A stretch of 64,000 bases of DNA. Source: an uncultured Bacillota bacterium. Its GTDB lineage: Bacteria > Bacillota_I > Bacilli_A > RFN20 > CAG-826. Numbering within the stretch: position 1 is the first letter of the stretch; the number at the start of each line of letters is the position of its first letter. Location: NCBI GenBank assembly GCA_949293555.1, contig CASFDV010000003.1, positions 7,614 through 71,613 of the forward strand, in the 5' to 3' direction. The translations under genes and the position numbers were made by a program. Positions 8,888-17,302 of this stretch are shown here, one piece after another. Below the pieces are notes generated by a model that saw only the letters and a list, made by a program, of their open reading frames with translations, was not told the origin of the DNA and made no database searches.

Positions 8888-11809
8888 ATGAATCCTTTCC
8901 GGAACTTCTTCCTAAGGGCGCGCTTCCGTTTCCTTTCCCGCTCTCTTGAAAGGAAGGGGAAGACGGGGGAGGAGGTTCCGGAGAAGTGTCTTGACCGCTT
9001 TTCCTTCCTCCTTTCCACATTTCCGGAGGGGAGTAAGAAACGGGAGGAGGGGGACGCCCTTCTTGAACGAGCCCGAAGGAGGAACGAAGGAATCCGGAAG
9101 GCGAACCGGACGATCGTCTGGTTCCGGGAAAAGGATATTCGCCAACATCCGGAGAACATGGGAGAGGAGGAGGCGAACGGCCTTGAAGAGCTTCTGCTGG
9201 TCCTTGAGAAAGAGGGCTTCTCCAGCGGCAGCGAGCTTTCCGCGTTCCTTCGAACCGCCAAGGAGTCTCTTTCCCGGAGGAGGGAGTACCTGGAGCAAAA
9301 GGGCGTGTATGAGGCGCTCGAAGAAAACCTACGGGATATTTCCCGATGGAAAGGCTATCTCTCCACGCGCATGGGGGAGCCCTTTCGCCTGAAGGCGGCG
9401 AACCTTAGGAAGAAAGCCTCTTCCTTCGGGGCGCCTTGCTTCGCCTTTCCCGGCGGGGAAGAGGTTGAGGAGGCCGTTCGGGAGCATAACCGCCTTTATG
9501 TGGAGGAACGGCTGGGAGACTCTGTCTTCGACAACGTGAATGGTTTCTCTCTTGACCAGGACCAGAGGAAGGCGGCCTTGACAGAGGAAGAGGCGACGCT
9601 GGTCATCGCCGGGGCCGGGGCCGGGAAGACCCTGACCTTATGCGGGAAGTGCCGCTACCTTATCGAGAGGGAAGGGGTCGATCCACGGGACATCCTCCTC
9701 CTTTCTTATTCCCGGAAGTCGGCGGAGGACCTCCAAAGGAAGGCGCAAGGAATCCACCCAGCCCTCCGGGCGACGACTTTCCACGCCCTCGGGCTTTCCC
9801 TCCTTCAGGAGGCGAAAGGGAAGCGCCTGGCAGTGGAGGAGCAGTTTGAGAAGTTTGCCGAGGACTATTTCGGCGGGAAGGACAACCCCGAGCGAGCGAG
9901 GAGGATCCTCGAAATTTATGCCTGCTATTTCCCGCTCGAGGAGTCCGAGGATGGGCAAAGGGAGGAAAAGGCAATCCTCCGCATGAAGGAGAAGCGAGCC
10001 ACGACCCTCCGCTCCGCCTTCCGGAAGGAAGAGGGGAGGAAAACGGTCGCTGGCGAGGCGGTGAAATCCGAGGAAGAGCTCGCCCTCGCGAACTTCTATT
10101 TCCTGAATGGCATCGACTATGAGTACGAAAGACCCTACGAGGCGGACCTTTCCACCCCCGAGCACCGCCAATACTGCCCTGATTTTTACCTGCCGGAGGC
10201 AAAGGCATACCATGAGCACTATGGCCTTGACCGTGAAGGACGGGCCAGGCAATACACCGAGGACGAGGAGAAGCGCTACCTGAGCGGGGTTCTCTGGAAG
10301 GAGGCGGTCCACCGCGCGAATGGGACGAAATGCCTCAAAACGTATTCCTACCAGTTCAAGGACGGGACGATCTTCGACTCCCTCATGGAGCAGCTTTCCT
10401 CCCTCGGGGTGAGGCTAAAGCCCTTGTCCGGAGATGAGCTCAAGGCAGCCCAGGAGAAGGTATGGGACAGCCAGGGGTTCCGTTCCTTCCTCCAGGTCAT
10501 CCTTTCCTTCGTTCGGCTCTATAAGTCCGAATACAAGGACGAAAGCGGGTTTTCCTCTTTCCTTTCCTCCCCGAAGATCAACTATCGCTCGAAGAAGATC
10601 ATCGCCTTGTCCCGCGACTTCTACCTGGCCTACCGCGCCCGCCTCAAGGAGACGGGGAAGATCGACTTCGATGACATGATCCTCGGGGCCGCGGAGGCGC
10701 TTCCTTCCCTGGAAGGCCACTCCTATTCCCATGTGATCGTCGATGAGTTCCAGGACATTTCGTCCAGCCGGATGCGCCTTTTGGAAGCACTTCTCGCGAA
10801 AGGGGGAGGGAAGCTTTTTGCCGTCGGGGACGACTGGCAGTCCATCTATCGGTTCGCGGGATCGGACATCGGGATCTTCCTTGACCTCGGGAAGCGGTTC
10901 CCTAAGGCGGAAACCTGCTTCCTCCGCGCCACGCATAGGTCGCCGCAGGAACTCCAGGAGATCGCCGGGAACTTCGTCATGAAGAACCCGCGGCAGATCC
11001 GGAAGGACATCCATGCGGAAAAATCCTTGGCCGCGCCCGTGAAGATCCTCTATGCGAATGCCGGCAAGGAGGAGGCTCTCAGGGACGCCCTCCGCTTCCT
11101 TTCGGAAACGCTGGATGACCCCGGCGTCCTCCTCCTTGTCCGAAACAACTCCGACATAAAGCGTTACGAAGGGGAGCTCCGCTTCGCGCGAGACGGAAGA
11201 TGCAGCTCCCTGACCTTTCCGAAAATGAGGATGCGGGCCTCCACCGTCCATTCCGCAAAGGGGCTGGAAGAGGACGCCGTCATCCTTCTTTCGGGGGAAG
11301 AGGGCTACGTCGGCTTTCCCAACATGCTGGAGGACGACCCGGTCCTTTCCCTTGTTCTTTCTTCGCCCGAGCGCTTCCCCTATGCGGAGGAGAGAAGGCT
11401 CTTCTATGTCGCCATGACGAGGACCAAGTCCTATTTCCTGGCGGTCGCGGACCCGAGGCGGCCGTCGCGGTTCGTCAAGGAGATCGAGCCTTTTGCCCAA
11501 ATCCTGTCCGGCGAAGAGGATTCAGCCCACAGCACCAAGGTTCTTTGCCCCAAGTGCAAGAGCGGCCGCCTCGTTCTCCGCCAAAAGGACGGTCGCGAGT
11601 TCCTAGGCTGCTCAAATTATCCTTACTGCGATTATCGTACCTCCCGCATCAAGGAAGCATTGGCTGGTCGTCGTTGCCCCGAGTGCGGGGACTTCCTCGT
11701 GGCAAGGCAGGCGCGGAACGGGCAATGGTTCCTTGGCTGCGGCAACTACCCACGCTGCCAGCATACGGAACCCTATCGTCCGCTTAAGAACGGCCAAAAC
11801 CTCGATTAG
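8888..11809 (+). CDS. helD: UvrD-family DNA helicase, helicase IV (HelD)-like, with two C-terminal topoisomerase-type C4 zinc ribbons
   Basis: Walker A motif VIAGAGAGKTLT and UvrD helicase motifs. C-terminal zinc ribbons CPKCKSG...CSNYPYC and CPECGD...CGNYPRC. A TATAAT box lies 7 nt upstream of the ATG. Confidence 0.7.
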   Translation: MNPFRNFFLRARFRFLSRSLERKGKTGEEVPEKCLDRFSFLLSTFPEGSKKREEGDALLERARRRNEGIRKANRTIVWFREKDIRQHPENMGEEEANGLEELLLVLEKEGFSSGSELSAFLRTAKESLSRRREYLEQKGVYEALEENLRDISRWKGYLSTRMGEPFRLKAANLRKKASSFGAPCFAFPGGEEVEEAVREHNRLYVEERLGDSVFDNVNGFSLDQDQRKAALTEEEATLVIAGAGAGKTLTLCGKCRYLIEREGVDPRDILLLSYSRKSAEDLQRKAQGIHPALRATTFHALGLSLLQEAKGKRLAVEEQFEKFAEDYFGGKDNPERARRILEIYACYFPLEESEDGQREEKAILRMKEKRATTLRSAFRKEEGRKTVAGEAVKSEEELALANFYFLNGIDYEYERPYEADLSTPEHRQYCPDFYLPEAKAYHEHYGLDREGRARQYTEDEEKRYLSGVLWKEAVHRANGTKCLKTYSYQFKDGTIFDSLMEQLSSLGVRLKPLSGDELKAAQEKVWDSQGFRSFLQVILSFVRLYKSEYKDESGFSSFLSSPKINYRSKKIIALSRDFYLAYRARLKETGKIDFDDMILGAAEALPSLEGHSYSHVIVDEFQDISSSRMRLLEALLAKGGGKLFAVGDDWQSIYRFAGSDIGIFLDLGKRFPKAETCFLRATHRSPQELQEIAGNFVMKNPRQIRKDIHAEKSLAAPVKILYANAGKEEALRDALRFLSETLDDPGVLLLVRNNSDIKRYEGELRFARDGRCSSLTFPKMRMRASTVHSAKGLEEDAVILLSGEEGYVGFPNMLEDDPVLSLVLSSPERFPYAEERRLFYVAMTRTKSYFLAVADPRRPSRFVKEIEPFAQILSGEEDSAHSTKVLCPKCKSGRLVLRQKDGREFLGCSNYPYCDYRTSRIKEALAGRRCPECGDFLVARQARNGQWFLGCGNYPRCQHTEPYRPLKNGQNLD

Positions 11810-11856
11810 GAAGCAGATATTCCATCAAAGAGCTGGGTTTTGCGAGGCTATTCTGC

Positions 11857-12879
11857 TTAGACGATTTCGATCGTCCCGAGGACAGGCCCTCCGTCCTCCT
11901 CGACGAAGGTGTAGCGGTGCCCTTTCTCAAGCCTTTCCACGAGGCAGCTTGCCTCCTCCTCGTCGGAGGGGGACTCCATCTCGTACTCGGCGAAGAAGCG
12001 GTCCGCCATCGCCTCGCCCCGGTACTCGAAGGAGCAGGAGGTAGTGGTCTCGCCTTCGCGGATCTGGATCTCGCTTTCGCCTTCCATGCCCTCGACCTCG
12101 CGCTCGAACTCGACCTCGCGCCAGGGCTCGGAGGCGCCCTTCTCGTAGTAGGCGTAGCTATATTCGTTCTCGCCCTGCTCGATCTCCTGCTCGGACTCGA
12201 TCCAGGAGCCGTCGGGAAGAAAGAGGATGGTCTCCACTTCCTTCTCCTCGCCCTTCTCCTCGACCCGTCCTTCGAACCGGTAGGATTCCGTCCCGGACTG
12301 GATGGTCCCGGAGAAGCGCTGGAGCTCCTCGCTCACCTTTTCTTCCTCATAGTCGATCACAAGGGACAACTCGCCGTCTTCCACCTGGATGAGGGTGTCC
12401 CCGGCAATCAGGGAGATCGAGAGGCCGTCCGTCCTCTGGAACTCCTCGACCATCTCGATGTAGCCGTCGATCTCGCCGGCAATCCTTCGGAAGTCCTGTT
12501 CCGTGAGCGGCTGCCTCATCAGGAGGGAAGAGCGCTCCTCTTCCTCGGCGAGGGTGACGAGGGAAAGGGCCTGCCTCGCGAAGGCGCCGGCCTCCTTCTC
12601 GTCGAGGGTCGTGAGCACGGGAGGGATGGAGGAGGAACCGTTCACGTCCGGATTTCCTTCTCCCTGCACCGCGAAAGGAAGGGCGATGAGAAGGGCGATC
12701 GCAGCGGCGCCCCCCGCCAGGGCGGGCGCGAGGACCTTCCAGCGGGGCGCCTTCCTCCTTCCTTCCTGGGGGATGGGCTCCACGGAAAGAACCTTCTCCC
12801 TAGTCTCCTCGAAAGCGTCGGGAAGGGGAGCCTTCCTATAGGCTTCGAGGATCTTCTTCTCGATGTCGTTCCTTCTCAT
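11857..12879 (-). CDS. Anti-sigma factor (single transmembrane segment, acidic ectodomain)
   Basis: Overlaps the upstream ECF sigma gene by 4 nt (ATGA). Has a short cytoplasmic N-terminus and a hydrophobic helix (LAPALAGGAAAIALLIALPF). Confidence 0.65.
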   Translation of the reverse strand: MRRNDIEKKILEAYRKAPLPDAFEETREKVLSVEPIPQEGRRKAPRWKVLAPALAGGAAAIALLIALPFAVQGEGNPDVNGSSSIPPVLTTLDEKEAGAFARQALSLVTLAEEEERSSLLMRQPLTEQDFRRIAGEIDGYIEMVEEFQRTDGLSISLIAGDTLIQVEDGELSLVIDYEEEKVSEELQRFSGTIQSGTESYRFEGRVEEKGEEKEVETILFLPDGSWIESEQEIEQGENEYSYAYYEKGASEPWREVEFEREVEGMEGESEIQIREGETTTSCSFEYRGEAMADRFFAEYEMESPSDEEEASCLVERLEKGHRYTFVEEDGGPVLGTIEIV

Positions 12880-13394
12880 TCCTTTCCGGCCTCCTTTCTT
12901 AGCTTCTTCATCGCCCGGTGGTAGGTTACGAGCACCGCGGAGAGGCTCTTGCCCATGACGGACGCGACCTCGCGGAACTTGAGCTCGTCGAGGACGTGGA
13001 GCGTGACGACTTCCCTTTCCAAGGGAGTGAGAGGGGCGAGAAGCCGGTCGATATCGTCCTTCGGCGATTCCTCCTCCCTTCCGTCCAAACCCTCGTCGTA
13101 CTCGACCGTCTCGCGGTCCCTTCTCCTGAGCTCGTCGTAGGCGAGGTTCCGGACGATCGTGGCGAGGAAGGCATAGGGGTTGGTCCCGTCCTTGTAGGAA
13201 TGGATCCGTTCCACGAAGCGGACATAGGCTTCCTGGGTGACGTCTTCCGCCTCCTCATGCGAGGAGAGGAGCCCGTAGGCGATGTAGTGCATCTTTCGGT
13301 GGGTGGCCTCATGGAAAAGCTGGAAGCGGGAGAAGTCCCCGCCTCGCATCTCCTGGATGACCTCGTGGATTGGTTCCTGCATCGCTCCATCCAT
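12876..13394 (-). CDS. ECF-subfamily RNA polymerase sigma-70 factor
   Basis: Sigma-70 region 2 (HYIAYGLLSSHEEAEDVTQEAYVRF) and region 4 HTH (LKFREVASVMGKSLSAVLVTYHRAMKKLR). Confidence 0.85.
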   Translation of the reverse strand: MDGAMQEPIHEVIQEMRGGDFSRFQLFHEATHRKMHYIAYGLLSSHEEAEDVTQEAYVRFVERIHSYKDGTNPYAFLATIVRNLAYDELRRRDRETVEYDEGLDGREEESPKDDIDRLLAPLTPLEREVVTLHVLDELKFREVASVMGKSLSAVLVTYHRAMKKLRKEAGKE

Positions 13395-13462
13395 GCCCCT
13401 CCGCCTACCAAACGGGGAAGGGGCCTCCTTTATTACATCCTTTTTGAAGTTTCTTTTCCTGC

Positions 13463-14206
13463 CTAGGACTTTTTCCTTTGGATCCTCATGGCGATCTTCG
13501 CTAGAAGGGAGGAAGGGAGGAGATGGAGGAAGGGGCGGATCGCCCGTGTCCTCCAGTCGGGGAACAGGTAGAAGCGGCCCTTGAGGAAACGGGGGACCGC
13601 GTAGGAGGCGACCTTCCCCGGGGTCATGCCCTTGAGGGCGAAGCGCACCCCCGCCCGTTCGGAGAAGGATGTGTCAACGGGACCTGGGCAAAGGATCGAG
13701 ATGGTCGCCTTGGACTTGCGCGCCCTGAGTTCTTCGCGGATTGCCTCAGAGAGCCTCACCACATATGCCTTGCTCGCGTAGTAGGAGGCCATGAGGGGTC
13801 CGGGGAGGAAGCCTGCGATCGAGGCGACGTTAAGGATCCTTCCTTCGTCCTTCGCCACCATGTTCCGCAGGAACGCACATGTAAGATGTTGGAGCGCGAT
13901 TACATTGGTTTCTACCAGTTTCTCTGCAGATTCCTCATCATTTTCTAGGAATTCGCCGAAGATTCCGAAGCCCGCGTTGTTGACGAGGATGTCCGCGGAA
14001 GCGAATTCCTCGATAAGGGATTCCCGCTCTTCTTTCCTCGTCAGGTCCATCGTCCGGATCTGAGAAGGCCCTTGAAGGAGGGCAGCCGTCTTCCGGAGCT
14101 CACCCTCGTTCCTTCCGACGAGGACGACCTCATACCCGCTTGAGGAAAGTTCGCGGGCGATTTCCCGCCCGATTCCCGAGGAGGCGCCAGTGACCACTGC
14201 GAGCAT
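13463..14206 (-). CDS. Short-chain dehydrogenase/reductase (SDR)
   Basis: TGASSGIG Rossmann motif, NNAG motif and YxxxK catalytic motif. Confidence 0.85.
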   Translation of the reverse strand: MLAVVTGASSGIGREIARELSSSGYEVVLVGRNEGELRKTAALLQGPSQIRTMDLTRKEERESLIEEFASADILVNNAGFGIFGEFLENDEESAEKLVETNVIALQHLTCAFLRNMVAKDEGRILNVASIAGFLPGPLMASYYASKAYVVRLSEAIREELRARKSKATISILCPGPVDTSFSERAGVRFALKGMTPGKVASYAVPRFLKGRFYLFPDWRTRAIRPFLHLLPSSLLAKIAMRIQRKKS

Positions 14207-14210
14207 GGGG

Positions 14211-14876
14211 CTATTTTACCTGAACGGTGTCAGAAGGCTTTCCGGCGAGTCTCCCTTTCCGGGCCTTCGGTTTTCTATTTGGCTTGTATTCCGAAATCCA
14301 TCCCGCGATGAACAGGACCAGAAGGGCTCCGAAGAGCACGAGCCCGATCGCGGTGGGAACCGTGACGCCCAAGGGGCTCCACAAGTAGGCGAAAGCAGCA
14401 AGGATGAGCGAGGCGCAGTAAAAGACCGCGAAGACCATCATCGGCAGGAAGGAGCAGAACGCATACCCCCACTGCTCGTCCGCGCACTTCTTATCTAAAT
14501 AGAGCGTGATGACGGAGGCGGGGAACCAGCAGGCGACGTAGGCCGTCTCGAAGACAGAGCCGAAATAGAGCCCTCCCGCGGACATGACCGCGTCGAAGGA
14601 GGCCAACGCTCCCGCGGCGAGGTAGAGGAGGAAGCAAAGGCCTATCAAGATGCCCTTCACGACGGAAGCGACCTTCCCCTTCCATTCGTCCAAGACGAAG
14701 AAATGGACGTAGGAGAGAAGGAGCGCAAGGGCGAGCGCTGGGGAGACGAGGGCGATGGTGCTCCCGCCCCGGAATATGGCGGCCATCTGGGTAGGGAGAA
14801 GGGGGATGAGCAAAGGGATCGCCACCCAGGCGAGACGAGGCATTAGCCCTGTGTATTTCATCTTCTGATTATACAA
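14211..14876 (-). CDS. Hypothetical integral membrane protein
   Basis: Multiple hydrophobic helices. Lies 4 nt upstream of the SDR gene and is co-oriented with it. Confidence 0.55.
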   Translation of the reverse strand: MYNQKMKYTGLMPRLAWVAIPLLIPLLPTQMAAIFRGGSTIALVSPALALALLLSYVHFFVLDEWKGKVASVVKGILIGLCFLLYLAAGALASFDAVMSAGGLYFGSVFETAYVACWFPASVITLYLDKKCADEQWGYAFCSFLPMMVFAVFYCASLILAAFAYLWSPLGVTVPTAIGLVLFGALLVLFIAGWISEYKPNRKPKARKGRLAGKPSDTVQVK

Positions 14877-14912
14877 AGGCTTCGCGATCTGGGATGAAAG
14901 GGAGCCGCCCCA

Positions 14913-16289
14913 TCAATAAAGGTCGTCCAGCGCGATGAGAAGGAGGTCTTCTCTTTTCTCAACCTCCTCCGTGAAGCCTGCCTTGGAGGCGAAGCCGTGG
15001 CGGACGACATGGAAAGGAAGCCCCTCCCACTGGGCGATTTCCTCCTCCACGTCCTTGTCCGTAAGCGGGCGGTCCACGAATTTGCACTCGATCGGGAGAT
15101 AGGCGTCCTCGTTCTTCAGCACCACGTCGAACTCGCGGTTGATCTCGCGGCCGCCTTCGCGCGCGTGATAGAAGAGCCTTCCGGCGCGCTCGAACAAAGG
15201 AAGGGCGAGCCCGTTCTCCCGATAGCAGTACTCCTTGACGACCTCCTCGAACTTCCGGGGCAAGTATTTCGTAAGGAAATCCTCGCGCACGAAGTTCTCA
15301 TAGAAGACGCGCGGGGACATTCTTTCGCGGAGTCTCGTGGAGCGGAAGAGGTATGTGTAGTAGAAATCGAGCAAGTTGTCTTTCAGGCAGTAGAGAGGCT
15401 TCCTTTCCAGCCGGTCGCTGACCATGTAGGACTTCTCGATGAGCCCGAGCTCCTCGAGCTTCCTCACGTAGCGCCCGATGTTGTCCTTCCCGGGATCCCC
15501 GAGCCTCTCATTGAGGTCCTTGTACTTCCTCACGCCGGAGGCGATGAGCTCAAGGATCGCATTCGCGTTCGCGTCCTTCGTGATTTCGTTCCGGATGGTG
15601 GCGACGGCCTCCTTCTCGAAAAAGGAATCGGGGCGGATGAACTCTTCGATCAGGTTGTCCTCGAACGGGATGGAGTAGTCAAGGTTCGCCAGGTTGAAGG
15701 CCGTCCCGCCGAAGACGGCGTAGTAGCGGAACCTTTCCTCTAGAGGCAGGGAAGCGGAGAAGGCCCCGGCGTCCTTGTAGTTGAAAGGCTTTAGGAGAAG
15801 GATCTCGTTGAACCTGCCGTACAAAGGGGAATCGCTTTCGACAAGGCGCGACATCGCCTCGATATAGGACCCGCAGAGGATGAGGGCCATCCTGGCCTTG
15901 TCCTTATTGAGCTCGATGGCCTTCTGCAGGGAGGCCTCGACCGCCTCTTCTCCTTCCGACAAGAAGGGGAACTCGTCTACGAAAAGGATGAAGGGGTGAT
16001 CGGCCGAGTAGGCGAGCAGGGTCGAGAAAAGCTCATAGAAGCTACTGGGCCGGAAGGCGGGCGCGTTCATGAACCTCGCCGCCTCCTCCCCGAAATCGGA
16101 AAGGTTCAAGGAAGGGATCGTCCTCCTGGCGATAAGCTCCAGGCAGGGCTTGCCTCTATTCTGAACGGCCTTCCTCACCAGTTCGGTCTTCCCGATCCTC
16201 CGCCTCCCATAGACCATGATGGCCTGGAAGTTCAATAAGGCAAGGCGCCGCTCGATGCGTCTCAGCTCGTTTTCTCTGCCGTAGAACAT
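14913..16289 (-). CDS. ATP-binding protein of the AAA/DUF234 (archaeal-ATPase-like) family
   Basis: Walker A motif YGRRRIGKT and Walker B motif ILFVDEF. Confidence 0.7.
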   Translation of the reverse strand: MFYGRENELRRIERRLALLNFQAIMVYGRRRIGKTELVRKAVQNRGKPCLELIARRTIPSLNLSDFGEEAARFMNAPAFRPSSFYELFSTLLAYSADHPFILFVDEFPFLSEGEEAVEASLQKAIELNKDKARMALILCGSYIEAMSRLVESDSPLYGRFNEILLLKPFNYKDAGAFSASLPLEERFRYYAVFGGTAFNLANLDYSIPFEDNLIEEFIRPDSFFEKEAVATIRNEITKDANANAILELIASGVRKYKDLNERLGDPGKDNIGRYVRKLEELGLIEKSYMVSDRLERKPLYCLKDNLLDFYYTYLFRSTRLRERMSPRVFYENFVREDFLTKYLPRKFEEVVKEYCYRENGLALPLFERAGRLFYHAREGGREINREFDVVLKNEDAYLPIECKFVDRPLTDKDVEEEIAQWEGLPFHVVRHGFASKAGFTEEVEKREDLLLIALDDLY

Positions 16290-16484
16290 CTTCTCTTCCC
16301 CTATGCGGATACTAGCATACTTTCAAGTAGGCTACTTTGAAATAGGCTGATTCCACAAATAATTCTTTGATCCCGCCAGAAAAGGGATCTCTTGGGTGCA
16401 ATCAATCGTTTTCCCTGCAAACCACGCGGATTCGCGCGGTTGTTGTTGGTCAATCTCTGTGCATTGCCCAACCCCTTCGCAAAC

Positions 16485-16516
16485 AAAAAAGTCTGCCTTC
16501 AATGGGATGGCAGACA
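16485..16516 (-). terminator. Rho-independent terminator after tRNA-Phe
   Basis: Minus-strand hairpin GTCTGCCATCCCATTGAAGGCAGAC followed by TTTTTTT. Confidence 0.75.
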
Positions 16517-16525
16517 GGATTCGCG

Positions 16526-16603
16526 TGGTGGCCCAAGGCGGAATCGAACCGCCGACACAGGGATTTTCAGTCCCTTGCTCTACCGACTGAGCTATCGGGC
16601 CGC
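16526..16603 (-). tRNA. tRNA-Phe (GAA)
   Basis: The reverse complement is GCGGCCCGATAGCTCAGTCGGTAGAGCAAGGGACTGAAAATCCC...GGTTCGATTCCGCCTTGGGCCACCA, a cloverleaf with anticodon GAA. Confidence 0.92.
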
Positions 16604-16605
16604 GC

Positions 16606-16682
16606 TGGCGGACCATACGGGATTCGAACCCGTGATCTCCTCCGTGACAGGGAGGCATGTTAGGCCGCTACACCAATGGTCC
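16606..16682 (-). tRNA. tRNA-Asp (GTC)
   Basis: The reverse complement is GGACCATTGGTGTAGCGGCCTAACATGCCTCCCTGTCACGGAGG...GGGTTCGAATCCCGTATGGTCCGCCA, with anticodon GTC. Confidence 0.9.
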
Positions 16683-16700
16683 AACTTGCAGCGCTCGCGC

Positions 16701-16729
16701 ATTATCGGGCTTCCTCCTTTCCTACGCAA
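16701..16729 (-). promoter_or_regulatory. Sigma-70-type promoter for the tRNA-Asp/tRNA-Phe operon
   Basis: On the minus strand: TTGCGT (-35), a 17-nt spacer, GATAAT (-10), about 20 nt upstream of the tRNA-Asp 5' end. Confidence 0.55.
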
Positions 16730-16810
16730 CTGATTTCGCTCGAGAACCCATCCTTTCGCTTGCCGAACATCGTCCATGTCCTCCTTGGCCAAGGCTGATG
16801 CGTTTCTCAG

Positions 16811-16839
16811 TTGACGTTTGCTCACACTGTGAGTTAATT
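16811..16839 (+). promoter_or_regulatory. marR promoter with overlapping palindromic operator CTCACA-C-TGTGAG
   Basis: TTGACG (-35), an 18-nt spacer, TAATTG (-10). The palindrome at 16821-16833 lies in the spacer. Confidence 0.5.
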
Positions 16840-16864
16840 GCCGGCGTCCCTCGGAGGAGGGCCT

Positions 16865-17302
16865 ATGGACAAGGAAAAGTACGACATCGCCTATGAACGG
16901 ATCCGCCAGATCCTCCTGAACCTTTCCTCGATGCCGCGCGAAGGGCGCCCCATGGAGCACGGCAAGGGCACCTTCCTCATCCTCCTGGCTCTCGCCGATG
17001 CCGGAGGCTCCCTCCTCTCAGGGGACATCGCGCGCCGGATCAAGGTGGGCACAGGGAGGGTGGCGACCGCTCTAAACGTCCTCGAGGCCAAGGGCTACGT
17101 CCTCCGCTCCGTTCCCGAGGAGGATCGGCGGAAGGTGCTGGTTACCTTGACTGAGGAGGGACGCTCGTTCGTCGACGGCCTTCGTTCCGCCTTCCATTCC
17201 TCCCTCGACGACGTCGTCCAGGCCATCGGGGAGGAACGCTTCTTCTCCTTCCTCGATACCTATGTCGAGATTTCCGCCGTGCTTTCAAGGAGAAAGGGCT
17301 AG
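16865..17302 (+). CDS. MarR-family transcriptional regulator
   Basis: Winged-helix region LSGDIARRIKVGTGRVATALNVLEAKGYV. The ATG at 16865 follows a GGAGGAGGG RBS. Directly abuts the ABC exporter gene. Confidence 0.8.
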   Translation: MDKEKYDIAYERIRQILLNLSSMPREGRPMEHGKGTFLILLALADAGGSLLSGDIARRIKVGTGRVATALNVLEAKGYVLRSVPEEDRRKVLVTLTEEGRSFVDGLRSAFHSSLDDVVQAIGEERFFSFLDTYVEISAVLSRRKG

